Source: Mobula hypostoma (taxonomy: Eukaryota). Taken from it: a DNA stretch of 64,000 nt. Within the stretch, counting starts at the first letter, position 1. The number at the start of each line of letters is the position of its first letter. The stretch covers positions 69,194,001 through 69,258,000 of the forward strand of contig NC_086097.1 in NCBI RefSeq assembly GCF_963921235.1, given 5' to 3'. The translations under genes were made by a program, and so were the position numbers. Below the pieces are notes generated by a model. The model was not told where the DNA came from, ran no database searches, and saw only the letters and a program-made list of their open reading frames with translations. Of the stretch, positions 39,005-53,421 are shown piece by piece.

Positions 39005-41190
39005 AGATGACCAGGACATCAGGTAGAGGAGGTGGACTATGCTTTACCATTAGCTCATCTGTCTCAACCCTACCGACCCAACCTGGAACATCGAGTGATC
39101 AAGTGTAATCCATTTTATCTGCCAAGTGTGTTTCCACTGTCATCCTAGTAGTGGTGTATGTTGCACCTCTGGCCAATATCAGGCAGGAACTGGAGGAGCT
39201 GAGCATTGTGATCAGCACTCACGAACCAGCACACCCTTATGCCTTCCCTACCATTGTGGGAGATTTCAAACAGGTTCTAAACTACCACCAACATATTACC
39301 TGTGGAACTAGAAGAGCCAACACACTTGACCGCTGTTATACCACCATCAGGAACACTTACCGTGCCAGTCCAATCATTTGACTGTATTTCTATTCTTGGC
39401 ATGAAGGCAGAGACTAAAGACTGCAGCACCAGTGGAGAGGATCAAGAAGGTATTGTCAAAGGAAGTGGAGGAGCACTTACACTGGATTTCAATTCAGGGA
39501 TTCATCTTCGAATCTGAATAAGTATGTCACAGTTGTCACTGACTTTATCAAAACCTGTGTGTGAGAATATGGAGAATATACTGGACATATGCAAACCAAA
39601 AGCCTTGGGTGGGTGAATCAGGAGACTCACAGTCTGCTGAGGATGAGGTCTGTGGCATTCAAGACCGATGATCCAGAACTATACAAGTCCAGTTACAACA
39701 AAGGAATGCTTTTTTAGAATGAAAAACAATTTCTATTAAAGTTGGAGATGGAATTGGGCAGACACCAACTCTGACATGGTTTGCAGGCCATTACTTCCTG
39801 CAAGGCAAAAACTCACATCATGAATGTCTGTAATGCTTCACTCCCAGATGAGCTCAACATCCTTTCTGTGCGCTTTAAAAGGGAGAATAAAACTACACCT
39901 GTGCAAATCTTTGCAGCATCTGGTGACCCTGTGATCAGAACATCTATCAAGAGAGTGAACCCTCGCAAGGCTCCAGGCCTTTGGGAGTACCTGGCAGAAT
40001 ACTGAAAACCAACCAACCCGTGACATTGCTCAAGAACATCTTCAATCTCTCATTACTGCAGTCGGAGTTTCCCACCTGCTACAAAAGGGTGACAATCATA
40101 CCAATGCCCAAAAGCAGGGTGAGCTGCTCTCACATCTACTAGGATGATGTGTTTTGACAGATTGGTCAAGGCCAGAATCAACTCCTGGCTAAGCAGGGAC
40201 GTGGTCTCACTGCAATTTGCCTACAGCAGCAATAGCTTTACAGTGCATGCAATCTCACTGGCTCTCCACTCAGCCTTGCGATCACCTGGACAACAGTAAT
40301 ACCTACGTCAGGCTGCTGTTTATAGATTACAGCTCAACGTTCCGACCAACAAGATCCAAAACCTAGACCTCTGTACCTTCCTCTGCAAATAGATCGTTGA
40401 CTTGCTCATTGGGAGACCACAGTCAGTACAGATCAGAAATAACATCACCTCACTGAGAATCAACAGTGGTGTACCTCAAGGATGCATGTTAGCTCATTCC
40501 TACACTCTCTCACAACCATGACTGTGTAGTTAGGCACAGCTCAAACACCACCTATAAATTTGCAGATAACACAACTATTGTTTGCACAATTTCAGGTGGT
40601 GACAGAGAGGTGTACAGGAGTGAGACAGTGAGTGAGTGGTTGAGTGGTGTCACAACAACAACCTTGCACTCAATGTCAGTAAGACCAAGGAATCGAATAC
40701 ACACCAGTCCTCACCGATGGATCAGCAGTGGAAAAGGTGAGCAGTTTCAAGTAGCTGTGTGTCAACATCTCTGAAGATCTGTTCTGGCCCAGCATATTAC
40801 TGCAATTACATAGATATGACAGCAGCTGTATTTCATTAGGAGTTTGAGATGACTTAAATGTCACCGAACACTCACAAACCTCTACAGATCTACCATGGAG
40901 AGCATCCTAAATGATTGGATCATTGTCTGCCACTGCACAGGATCTGAAAAAGCTGCAGGAAGTTGTAAACTCAGCCTGCACTACCATGGGCATTTCACTC
41001 CCCTGCATCAAGGACACGTTCAAAAGATGTTGTCTCAAAAAGATAGCACCCATCATTAAGGATTCCCCTCATCACCCAGGACATTCCTCTTATCATTGCT
41101 ACCATCAAGGTCGTGGTACAGAAGTCCTAAGATACACACAACGTTCAGGAATAGCTTCTTCCCTTCCATCAGATTTCTGAATTGACAATG
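39005..41190 (+). mobile_element. Rex1/Babar LINE, decayed
   Basis: VVYVAP, IVGDFKQ, TCGTRRANTLDRCYT, ASLPDELN, RVNPRKAPG, LLFIDYSSTF, GVPQGC, KFADNT remnants. Confidence 0.82.
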
Positions 41191-42269
41191 AACTCATGTA
41201 TACTTCCTCACTCTTCTTTTTACTCTCTTTTTGCACTTACTTTTTTTTAATCTTTCTTTTTTTACAGGTACCCGTTACAATTTTCTCCACTCACATTGAG
41301 AGTCTGAGTTGAAGTTAACAATCATCTAAAATTATTTTTTAAGAATGTATTTACAATGACAGCAAAAACATAAAGCAAATACCTCATGAACTTTCAGGGT
41401 TCATTTTGGAGTTCCGAATACTACTGAGCTATTAAAAAGGAAAAGTGAAATTGGAGATAAATTATTTGGAATTTCAGTACATTGCAATAATCAAGTTTAC
41501 CTCAATCTGTCCTTGTCTTGTCACTTACACTAAACGGAGACTATTCTTGTTTGTAGTTAAAAATTGAGTAAAAAATCAAAATTATGCTTCAAAGCATTTT
41601 ACAGTAACTCTCCAAGAGCAAGCAACAAAGACCATTGTGAACTCAAAAAGGCAAATTCATGTCAGCTGATCACAACAAAGCCTAGAACATTGCATTTCTG
41701 TCTGAAAATAGTATAGCCATGATATCTGATAGCATAGTGATTGAACACCTTACTTCTCTCCAAAAGCATGATATACCTTTGAAATCTGGAAATGATGCAT
41801 GATTCATGTTTGAAGTTTCTGTTCAGAAAGTTTGGAATTTACACCATACTGAATGGTGAAAAGGAGACAGAGAAAATAATTGAGACAATAATCTACACCT
41901 CTAGCAGCTGACACAGTATGGAAATGGAAGGTAAACAGGATGATTCATGCTCTGACATTGTCATGGATGGTCAACAGAAAGAAAGGTGTGTGTACAGGAG
42001 CAAAAATTATGTTCACTACCATCCATGTGTATGAATGGAGCAATGCTGGATCACAATGCAGTATAATTAAAAAGTGGAAATACTCAAGGATAGAACTAGA
42101 ATGATGCTATTAACATACCTGTGGAAAATTACAAGAAAGGAATGGCCAAAGACAGGTATTTGATGGGCTACAGTGGATGTGACATGGAGTAAGAAGAGTA
42201 TTCACTGCTGGAAATACTCTGGTTAAAATTAAGATGGACAAAAGTGAAACCATTTGGAGCTGTTTCAGG

Positions 42270-42570
42270 GGCGCCAAGGCAGTGCAGCAGGTAGCACAAT
42301 GCTATTACAGCTCAGACTGTTCTAGAATTTGGAGTGCAATTCCAGTGCCACTCTGTAAGGAATGGATGTATGTCCTCCCCATTGGATGCATGGGTTTTCC
42401 CCAGGGCTCTGGTTTTCTCACACAGTCTAAAGACATACTGGGTAGGTTAAATGGTCATTGTAAATTGTCCCATGATTAGTTTAGGGTTATCAAGTTTGTC
42501 TGGGGTTGTTGGGGCGGATGGCTCAAAGGACTGTAAGGGTCTGCTCCACACTATCACTAAATAAATTAAA
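42270..42570 (+). mobile_element. V-domain SINE
   Basis: gtatgtcctccccattggatgcatgggttttccccagggctctggttttctcacacagtctaaagac core. Confidence 0.7.
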
Positions 42571-42915
42571 TAAGAACAGATCAGTGTTTGACCTTGCCAT
42601 TTAATTTTAGTTGAGGGGATTTTTTTCTGTGCAGTACCAGTTTCAAAATTTCCAAAGAAGCTGCCCAAAAGAAATGCCACCAGCCCCACACTTGGGTTCA
42701 GTGTGCAGATACTTAAGGTGATTTTTCAGGCCCAGGTGTTCTCCTATTACCATATCTGGGACCTCAATTCTGCAACTACCACAGATGACATGTTTTTCTT
42801 TGAACTTCTTGTGTCTCTAATAGAATTCCGTTTACACGTGGAATCAAATAACAGAGAAAATTTGGGTACAATGTTTGGTTAAGGGGGCCAAATGGAAGGC
42901 TTGGTTTGAAGAGCA

Positions 42916-43427
42916 ACTCTGCTTCCCACTCCCATTCAAATATGTCCATACATGGCCTCCTCTACTGCCATGATGAGGCTAAACTCAGGTTGGAGAAGCA
43001 ACACCTCATATACCATCTAGGTAGTCTCCAGCCCCTTGCTATGAACACAGAATTCTCCAACTTCCGGTAATTCCCTTCCCTTCCCTTCCTCTATCCCTAT
43101 GTCACTCTGCCCCCTCCCCCAGCTGCCTACCACCTCCCTCTTGGTTCCGCCTCCTTCCACTACCCATTGTGTTTTCCCCTATTCTTCTTTCACCTTTCCT
43201 GCCTATCACCTCCCTGCCTCCCTTCCCGCACCCCTTTATCTTTCCCCTTACTGGTTTTTCACCTGGAACCTACCAGCCTTCTCCTTCCCACCCTCCCCCC
43301 ACCTTCTTCGTAGGGCCTCTTCCCCTTCCTTCTTCAGTCCTGATGAAGGGTTCCGGCCCGAAACGTCGACCGATCTTTTCCACGGATGCTGCCCAACTTG
43401 CTGAGTTCCTCCAGCGTGTTGTGAGTG
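42916..43427 (+). mobile_element. Penelope-like 3' end with intact hammerhead core
   Basis: KLRLEKQHLIYHLGSLQP remnant plus pyrimidine-rich UTR. TSD ttgaagagca at 42906-42915 and 43428-43437. Confidence 0.82.
43335..43372 (+). ncRNA. Minimal type I hammerhead ribozyme motif (Penelope-associated)
   Basis: CAGUC-CUGAUGA-A-GGG(UUCCGG)CCC-GAAAC-GUC-GACCG: conserved core boxes, stem I GUC/GAC, stem II, palindromic ACGU stem III and a GUC cleavage triplet. Activity not shown. Confidence 0.7.
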
Positions 43428-43499
43428 TTGAAGAGCATAGGGACATGGAGAGAAACAAATAAAACACAGCTAAACAGTAGAAAGCCCTAAAAGCTGTAT

Positions 43500-43793
43500 A
43501 TACAAAATACTCTGCAGATGCTGGGATCAAAGCAACACTCACAACATGCCGGAGGAACTCAGCAGGTCGGACAGCATCGGTGGAAACGATCAGTCAACGT
43601 TTCCGACCGGAACCCTTCGTCAGGACTGAAGAGGGAAGGGGCAGAGGCCATATAAAGGTGGTGGGGGGAGGGTGGGAAGGAGAAGGCTGGTAGGTTCCAG
43701 GTGAAAAAACCAGTAAGGGGAAAGATAAAGGGGTGGGGAAGGGGAAGCAGGGAGGTGATAGGCAGGAAAGGTGAAGAAGGTGTTCTGAGTGTT
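43500..43793 (-). mobile_element. Penelope-like 3' end, inverted relative to its neighbour
   Basis: Near reverse complement of 43185-43430. TSD cctaaaagYtgtat at 43486-43499 and 43794-43807. Confidence 0.8.
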
Positions 43794-44624
43794 CCTAAAA
43801 GTTGTATGCTTGCAACAAACAGATCTAAACAAGTTCTTAAAGCACACAAGTTTGAACAGGCCAAAAAAAAAACAAAAATCATAAGGGCAAAAACATACTT
43901 GTTGTAACCGGTGGTTTTAATTGATAATAAAAACAGTATCGGGTTCACAAAAAGCAAATGCCACACATTTAAATTCCTATGAACATATTACTTTTCCATC
44001 TTGGTATAGAAGATGGCCAATACACAGTATTTCTTCCAAAAATATTAGCTCTGGAATGGCATCTTGTAAACTAACTGTGGTTCACAGTAAAGCCCTACTG
44101 ACATTAGATAGGGGTCCGGCCATCTATTTTTCCTGATGCCATTCCACTGGGTATTAAAATTCACTGATATGTGTGCATTTTAATTTAGTTGGAAACATTC
44201 ACACTGAAAGGATGTGGGTTCAACCCAAATGTTAATGGCTCGACAAATAAAAGCTACTGCATTAAGCTTTCAGCTATCTTATATTGAACCATGTTGTCCA
44301 AAATGATAGAAAGACAACCTCCAAAGCACAATTGTAACAGTAGAGAATCTTGGCCAACAATTAACATAGTACTTGGACACATAGATGAATTATTTTTAAA
44401 GTTGCTAATTCAATTCTTATGCCTGTCAATGTCTCAAATGCAACTCAATACTTTTGAACTGTAGCCACTGTAATGTAGAAAACCCAGCTGACAAACAGCA
44501 ACAGATAATGCCTTAATAAACTGCTTCAATAATATTACCTGAAGAATCAGTATTGGGCAGGATAATCAACATTACTCTGCTACTCTTCCTTAGTGTTAAC
44601 GTGCTGAGATCTTTTCAGACACCT

Positions 44625-45880
44625 TAAAGAGTTATACAGACCAATACAGCAAGAATGCTGGCCCTTCAGCCCAATTAGTTTATGCTGACCACATCCACCC
44701 AGCTGATCCCTCTTCCCCCCCCCACCCCGCCCCACCATTCTGCTCATAATCCTGCGACCCAACCCTCCACGTACCAATCCAAACATTTATTTATTGATAC
44801 TCGTGTCCCTGGCTTATCCACTTCCTCATTCCACATACTCACCACCTACTTTTGATTGTTACTCCTCACCCTAATGCCCACTAGTTCTGAACTCCCCTAC
44901 CCTGTGGAAAAGACTGTTACCATCCACCTTAACTATGTACCTCATAATTTTAAACACTTTTTTTTAAAAAAGGTCACCCCTCATTGTCCTATCAAATGAA
45001 TAAAGACCTATCCTGACCAACCTCCCCCTATAACTGACAACATCCTTTCTGCACTTAACCTGATTTAACCATGTCTTTTCTATAAGAGGGTGAGCAAATC
45101 TGTAGACAGTACTCCAAGTACAGCCTCAATACCAACTTATACAACTACAACTTAATGTCCCAACTCCTATACTTAATGCCCTGACTGACAAAAGCCAGCC
45201 TGCTATTCCTTTTTCACCACCCTGTCTGCCCGTGACACTGTTTTTAACACATTGCTCTTGCATTCATTCCTAGGTTCCTCTGTTTTACATGCTCTAGTGC
45301 TCTACCATTCATTGTATAACTCGTACTCTACTGTGACTTTCCAAAAAGGTTCACCTCACGCATATCTGAATTGAATCCCATTAGCCACTTGTCAGCCAGG
45401 TTCCCTAACTGATCAAGCTTACACTACAATAACGTGTTTCACTATCAACACCACCTGCTAATTTCACATCATCTGCAAACTTGCTAATCAAGCTTTGTGC
45501 ATTCACATCCAAATCATTTAAATAAATAATGACTAACAAGAGTCCCAAGCCCAACCCATGTGGCACACATTCATTCCACGAAACAACTTTTCAACCATCA
45601 CACTCAGCTTCCTACTACTGAGGCAATTTTGAATCTCCTAACTAGTTCCTCCTTCCAGACCCATCTGCCATGCAGGACCTTGTTAAAGGCCTCACTAATA
45701 CCCAAATAGACAACATCTACTACCATACCCTCATCTACCCTTGTGCTCACCTCTTCAAAAATCTTTAAAACTCATCACACAGTAATTCCCATGAACAAAA
45801 CTACATTGACTCCTAAACTTACTCTATCTAAATGCTGGTAGATTGTGTCCCTCAGAATTCCCTGCAGTATCTTCCCCATC
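44625..45880 (-). mobile_element. Decayed CR1 LINE (RT to 3' UTR)
   Basis: Antisense motifs catcatctgcaaactt (KFADD), tactccaagt (HLEY) and ggcccttcagccca tail. Confidence 0.75.
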
Positions 45881-48604
45881 TTAAAAGTGGCAAAAAAAAA
45901 GGTTTTTCTCTAATGTTTTATGCTACTGCAGGTGACAAATCAGACAAATTGTACTTTGAGGGGTAACTATGGAAATACTCTCTTCATCATCTCGCCTTGT
46001 GAACCCTTTTCTCACTATACACTTCAAGAGAACAAAGTGGAAAAGCAACATCACAAACTTGCATTTTAGCTGCTGGGCTTCAAGTACAAATAGCTTCATT
46101 TTTTTTGCATATCATGTGACCATCCTTTTAACCTTTAATCCTATCAGGAAATCCTTCAGAGAATAAAATTTAATTTTAACTGTTGCAGTTCAAAATGAAA
46201 ACAGAAAAGGATGCTAAAGGATTTGAGAAATGAGAATTGTTTGGAATCTCATTTTAGTTACATGGCGAAAACTCAGTTCTGAAGATAAAAATGTCCCATT
46301 GAAGAAAGGTTGACCAATTCTCATGGCCAGCTGTTTTATTTTAAACTTTAGCCATATACATGTAACACATCAAATAAAACACAGTAAATTGCAATATGTT
46401 TCAAATCATCGACAACTAGGTTTCTTAAAAAATGTTAATAACAATTCCCAGAAAGAACAAATATTATTGATTTTGTCCTTTCGTGCCAGTTTCCATATCC
46501 TTTGAATCACTTACTTTCAATGGCTACTCCCCTATTCTTAGACAGTGGCCACTGGTTCAGCCATAAGAAACACCATGTCTACATCTACCCTATCACATTC
46601 ACAATGAGTTTGCATATTTCAATAAGATTACTAAAATGTGAAAAATAGGAGATAATTTGTCCCCTCAAACGTTTGCCATTTAACAAAATCATGGCTGATC
46701 TACCTCAATACCATTTTACTACTCTATTCCAACATTATTGATTTTTAAATATCTATAAATATACAGATAACCATTTTGGATGCAATCAATGACGGAGCCT
46801 CCACAGCACTTACGGCCGTACCGTTCAAAAGATGCAATACACTAAAGTAATTATACCTCATGACAATATTGAATGGGTCATGATATATTTTAAGAATGTC
46901 ACTCCAAATTCTCTTCTTCCCATAGTTATTCTGTGAGCCCTCCAAGTATTAACATATCTGAATGAGATTGCTCTAAGGAATAGAGGCACACCTACTTACT
47001 CTCTCCTCATACAGTAGATCCACCAATCCAGGAACCAACCTGTACTTGCTCCAACAGCAAGTATAACCTTCTCAAAGCAAGACTGCACTCCAGGTGTGGG
47101 TGGTCTCATGAGGGTCCCATGAAAATGCAGGGACACTTCTCTACACCTGTACTGTTAAAAGCCATTGTAACTTTTACCTTCCCTATTACTCACAGCACTG
47201 ACATGCTAGCTTCCAATGACCCATTGAACAAGAATACCAATGGAGCCCATTTGACAGCCAATATTTCCCAATTTCTTTAGTTAAAAAAAACTAGTTTGTT
47301 TTCTCTATCAAAATGGATAACCTTAAGTTACATATCTGCAATTCCCACTCATCTATTTTGTGAGGTACATCCTCAATCTCCAACAGACTATTGAAACAGA
47401 ATTTCTGCTTCATAAATTCATCCCAAATTTGCTCATTTTCTTGCTATCTCAACTGTCTATAGACTCCAGTATTTTCCCAGCTGCCAATGCCAGATCAATA
47501 AATTGGTTTACTGTTTTCTCTCACTTTTAAAATAGAGTGGTTTTTTATGAGATTAATCCCTTTAAACTGTTGAAGCTTATTGCAGCTTATTTCATTTTGT
47601 AATTTAAGTAATCCAGGCATTTTGTATGTGCCGTATCCAAAAAAATTGCACCAGTTCTCACAGTACAGCCTCATTTCAAGATATTATGTTAAGCTGTAAT
47701 CTGCCACATTCTTCAATGACAAACTCTTCCTATTAATGCAGACAAATAATAGAAAATAGGCAAGCCATTAGTAACACAAACATGACTTTTAGTGTTGTTT
47801 TAGTCTGTTTGTGTTACCCATGGAGGCAAACCCCTCCATCACCCTGGGCAGGGTGAACCAGGTACAAATACCAGTTGAAAAGCTTCTTAAACCAGATGTC
47901 ATTTGTCATCATGCAAGAAAGTTGCTATGGAAACAAAATATAATGGCTATGACCAATTATAGAAAAAGTTAAATTGATTATTCTAAGAGAGCCTAGAATT
48001 TTGAATATTACAGGAGATAACAAGAATATCTTAAAATATACGAAGAACATATTAAAACATCTCTAATTGTCTCAAAGGAGGAATTAGAAAGGAGTCAGTA
48101 ACAATCCTTTCAGCAAGGGGATGAGACAGAAGCAAGCTTAACTACAAGTAATATTATGCAGGTGAAAATAAGTAAAGCATTATTCTTAGAGTAAATCTTG
48201 TTCCCTATATGGTCATCACTCTAAAAGAAAGTGCCAGCTTTAAATTCTAGACTGACAGATGTATGCACATCTGTCCAGGAATAAAGCAGAATTTTGCTGG
48301 GATTTTGGCAACATCAAACTTGGCACAGGATGGAGACCTCATTCATTGCTATGCAAATTCTAAGCTTTTGAGATAGGCAAGAAAGAAAACAACAATATCA
48401 CCTTTTGAGGAATAATTATGCACTTTTTCCAATCTTTTAAAATGCAGATTCACCATACCTTAATCTGATCATTAGTGCTATGGTATTCTTTCAATTTCAG
48501 AAGGGAAACCACTTCATTCAAAAATGTTCTCTTTACAAAGCTATGGTATCACCAGTAACATTTCATACAATCCTTCTGCATAGGGTAATGTGTAACTTAC
48601 AGCT

Positions 48605-49305
48605 TACATTAGGGAAAACAGCAGTGGAGCAAGTTTGCAGCTTTAAATTTCTGGGCATTAACATACCAAATGACCTGCCTTGGGTCCAGCACATAGATGC
48701 AATCATAAGTGCAAGCATCTTTACTTTCTCAAGAGGTTAAGGTGGTTCAGTTTGTCATTAAGCTCTCCAACATTAACTTCTTCAGTTTAAAGTATCCTGA
48801 CAGGTTACATTAGGATCTGGTATAACAATTCAAATACATAGGAATTTAAGAAGCTGTAGAGTGTAGTGGACACTGCCCAATATATCAGTGGCATTCCCTC
48901 CCCACATTAGCAATATCTACAGGAGGTGGTGCCTCAAGAAGGAAACATCAAAGATCCCCAACACCTGGGCCATTTTATTTTATTCAGCTACCACTGGGGA
49001 GGAGGTACAGAAGCTTGAAGTCCCACAGCACTGAGCTCAAAAACAGTTACTTCCCTGCAATCACTTTCTTCAATCAACTGGCAAAACCAGGATCATTACA
49101 ATTTAGCAACACTATGACCACTTTGCATGAAAATAGACTTTCAAATCTGTTTTCTAGTAAAAATTGTGTATAATTGATGATTAATGTATGTTTTCTTATG
49201 ACTGCTGCTTAAATACTACATGCCTCAAATGTTGCCTCAAGTAAGTTTTTCATAACACCTGTGCCTATAGATACCTGTGCATATAACCATAAACTTGACT
49301 TTAAT
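48605..49305 (+). mobile_element. Rex1/Babar LINE 3' fragment
   Basis: AVEQVCSFKFLGINI...W..HID remnant plus tail. Confidence 0.7.
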
Positions 49306-50207
49306 AAACTTAGAGGAAAGAATCCCAATGAGTTGATGGGCCTGCATTATATACAATTTACATAAACACTCCACAAGGCATCTGCAGCTGTCCTCATGAA
49401 CCTGCCTATAAGAGTTTTGCTCTCAGATGGGGTGACAGTTCCAGGTTATTCTAGTATGATTTGTACTTTAATAAATACTGCTAATTGTTACACTACATCA
49501 AATTTTCTGAAAAATGGCTACATCTGTTGAATCAAGTCTTTTCAACCTGTGGTACTACATACAAACTAACATTTCGCCTGGGTCTTTTCAAAAACTTCAT
49601 ATAGTTATTATGTTGATTTTCTATCACATGCATTCATATTGCAGAACATTGCACAAATCCTTTAAGGATTAAATAAATGCAATATTCAAAAAGGAATAAA
49701 GCCTTTATATTTTTCATTAAAAAAATTAACCTATCCAGACATAACTCTTGTTTATAATTAGCTGATAAATTATTGCTTTCCAAATTTGGTGTCATGACAG
49801 CAAACAAATTCACAATGAACTTCACTTTGAAAGCCTCAGCAGATTGTTTCTTGCCAGATTTCTGCAACATTCTCATTTGGGCCAAACTTCCATCCAGAAA
49901 TAGAAACAAATAAAACTTGCCCCCCCCCCCCACCACCCCATGAAGTAATCTACTTTGCCACACAAGTTAATATCTCAAGGTTTAAATTTTGAGTTTACCT
50001 AAACAAATGCCTGAAATTAATGCAATGGCTGAACTCTTTAGCAGAAGTTTTGCATTCGAGGCATATATATGGGGCTTTGAAAAGATATTTAATCAAGCTG
50101 TATATAATAAACTGCACAGCAGAGTTAAAGCCAATGCATTTAGTAGTACAGTTAGCCAAGTTGCAAGCCAAGAGCCATCTTGAATGGTTACTTTTCAGAC
50201 TATATTA

Positions 50208-50515
50208 CCGGGCGGCACAGTAGCTTCACAGTGGGCACAACGCTTTACAGTGCAAGCGACCTCACCACTGTCCGTAACTAGTCCGTACATTGTCCCTGTG
50301 ACTGTGTAGGTTTCCTATGGATGTTCTGGTTTCCTCCCACATTCTAAAGACATACAAGTTAGGGTTAGTAAGACGTGGGAATGCTATGTTTGTGCTAGGA
50401 ACAGGGTGACATCTGCGGGCTGCCCACGGCACATCCTACAACTGTGCTGGTTGTTGACGGAATCAACACATTTCATTATGTTTCGATGTATACAGTATGT
50501 GACAAATACAGCTAA
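50208..50515 (+). mobile_element. V-domain SINE
   Basis: gggcggcacagtagc 5' end; tccctgtgactgtgtaggtttcctatggatgttctggtttcctcccacattctaaagac core. Confidence 0.72.
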
Positions 50516-51211
50516 ATCTGTATTTTTTTTTGTATAAGTATACATTGGAAAGTTACCACAATGAAAGCAAATTCACAGAGCACCATGTAGAGAGTCTAAA
50601 GACTTATTGTCCTTCAGAAGCTCTTCAAAGAATGTTAAGTGCTGTATATTGCGATGGCATTGGCATGCATGAGAAAAACTGATTTCACAAGTTGTTAGGT
50701 CAGTAACCAGAGGACACAAATTTAAGGTAATTGGAACAAGAGACAAGAGAAATAATATTTTGTCTTTTGAAGAAATCAATGGTTATATGGATTTGCTGCC
50801 CTGCAGATACAATAGTAATTGGATTTCTTCGATTTGTAAAGCTATTCAGCAATTTCTTCTATTTATGGAAAGGAATGTGTTCCTCGAAAACATTTTCTAA
50901 GTTTCATAACTTGAAAAGGCTGGATAAAATGCAGTGTATTCCCAAATTCTGAGAGTACCATGTTATTTGGTACAGCAAAAAAACTTTAAAAATTAAAGAT
51001 ACATACCATAGTCAATAACCATGCAGGAAAATAATAAATTGAGTGTTCATAAAGTGAGAAATTACTGAATTGAAAATATAATTAGACAATTCTTCAGAAA
51101 TCCAGCATAGATTCAACTGACATATTACATTCCACTGCCATTTAGATTCTCGAATTCTACAAGCTTCTCAATGCATTTAGCTCTCAGCTCCAGTATAATG
51201 TGCATGCCTAC

Positions 51212-51347
51212 CTGTAGATTCAATGTACTCCACACATCGTTCAATAAAAGCTGGTATAGGATTATCAGCAGTAACCACATCTTCAAGAGGAACCCCAAAG
51301 TAATTACTCTCCCAATTTCTTCTTGCAGGTAGTCCAGGTTTCGGCCC
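51212..51347 (-). CDS. ARHGAP5: ARHGAP5 exon 3 (136 nt), start of RhoGAP domain
   Basis: Acceptor ttttcaaag|GGG, donor ACAG|gtaggc. Encodes [45 protein letters not shown](G); phase 0 to 1. Confidence 0.92.
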
Positions 51348-51587
51348 CTTTGAAAAGTAATTCAATTAGGTTTTATGGTGCTTATCAGCACAAGACATTT
51401 AAGTAAAGTAGATTTTCACAAGTTTCTTCGCATTTTAGTGTGGCACTTGAAAGCTATTGGTACTTCTTCAGTTTTAAAAAAAGGGAATTTTCCACAAATT
51501 TATTGCACTTTTCATGAAAGCAAATTTGAAAAAGATACTGACATATCAGTCAGATCTGGATGACATCAGGCATTTTTCACAATTTTA

Positions 51588-53190
51588 CACTACCTTGAAA
51601 ATGTATACAGCCCCCACAACTATTCTCACATTTTCCTGTCTCACTTTCTAAATTTAAAATACAATGAAGTAGAATTTTTGAGCTAATCTACAAAACACTG
51701 TGCATCATGTCAAATCAAAAGAAAAAATCCCAAACCTGTCAACAAAATACCAAAAATTAAAACCCAAAATTGTGAAGCTGAAAAAAAGTATCTATTCCCC
51801 TTTGTAACTACTATGCTAACTTTCTTCAGGTACAATAAATTACTCACCAACTCACCTAATTTGTTGATGTGGGAAAACTGGGGGATCACCTGTTTTCAAT
51901 GATTTCATAGCACTGCCCCCATACAAGGTCCAACGGTATGGTAGATTTTCAACACACCAAACCAAAATGAAGACAAAAGAGCATTCAAGACAAGTCAGGG
52001 AAATGATAATAGAGAAACACATATCTGGGGAAGGGTACAAGATCATCTCAAAGGCACTGAACATACCTCAGAGCTCGTCGTGAAAATGTGGAAAAAATAT
52101 TCGACCACAGCCGCACTGCCTAGGGTTAGGCTGCCCCATTAAACTTTGTCACTATAGACAAATGGCACTTATGAAAGAGGCTACTGTGACACCAAAGTGA
52201 GCTGCAGATGTCAGTGGCTGCAACTGGAGATGAAGTTCATGGCTCCACAATCTCTAAGGCCTTGCACAAAAGGGATATTTATAGAGAGTGGCAAGGAAAA
52301 TGCCCTGGCTTTTAAAAAGGATATTCTTGCCCATAAAGACTTTGCAAAGTGTCACTTAGGAGATGCTGTAAAGATGTGGAAGAAGGTCTTCTGGTCGGAT
52401 GAAACTAAAGTGGAACTTTTTGGCCTTAACATTAAGCAGTACACGTGGTGTAAATCTAATGCTGTGCATCAGCCAGGTAACACCATTCCTGCTGTAAAGT
52501 ATGATGGAGATAGTATCAGGTTTTGGGGATGCTTTTCAGCAGCAGGGACAGCAAATCTGTTCAGGATTGATGGAAAGATGAATGCTGCTAAAGACAGATA
52601 GATCCTGGTTTAAAAACCTATTAGCCTCTGACAGTAAGCTCAAACTGGAGAGGAGATGCATCTTTCAGCAAGACAACGAACCAAAGCACACTGCCAGAGC
52701 AACCATGGAGTGGCTTCAAATGAAGAAAACTGTTATGACCTTGAGCGGCCCAGTTGGAGTCCTAACCTTAACCCAACTGAACATCTCCAGCACAACCTCA
52801 AGATTGCTGTCTACCACCACTCCCCAACTAACCTGGCACAGCTTGAGCAATTTTGCAAGGAGCAATGGACAAATCTTGCTCCATCACATTTTGCAAAGCT
52901 AATAGAGACTTAACCAAAAAGACTACTTGGCTGTAATATCTACAAGAGGTGGCTCAACTAAGTACTGAGTAAAGGGGGGGGTGAATACTTTTGACCTGCT
53001 GACATTTCAGACTTTGATTTTTAATTTTTTATGCTTTACTATTTTCCCTGTGTTTTTGGGTGCCACTGTGGAAAAAAAGCAGCATGTGATACACAAATAA
53101 AAATTCTCATTTAAATTATCAAAATCTCTGACTGCAATATTCATTTGTGTGAACAAAGGGTTAGGGGCTGAATACTTTTACAAGGCACTG
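51588..53190 (+). mobile_element. Tc1/mariner DNA transposon, full-length, inactive
   Basis: TA-flanked long TIRs (right end aatacttttacaaggcactg). Transposase from 51967: [70 protein letters not shown]; broken by frameshifts. Confidence 0.93.
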
Positions 53191-53421
53191 TAGATAATTT
53201 AGATTTTAAGACTTGTATACTAACCAAGAATTTGCCAGATAAAGAAAATACTTAATTCAAAACAATAAAATACAAAGAAATTACCAATTTGTGCAATATA
53301 ATCAAGATGATGTTGGTACAAAATAACATTGGCTACATTGTTATGCTCATGCAGAAACGGCAGGGCTGAAAGAACAAGATTCACTTAAAAATTCACAGGT
53401 CTACTGATAAATCAATCCTTA

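Noticed and set aside
42270..42350. tRNA genes at SINE 5' ends
   Set aside because: Degenerate SINE heads with no complete cloverleaf.
46500..47400. Very old CR1-like fragment
   Set aside because: Too degraded to give boundaries with confidence, so not listed as a feature.
51967..52970. Functional or domesticated transposase
   Set aside because: Multiple frameshifts and stops; the same applies to the element at 30748-32313.
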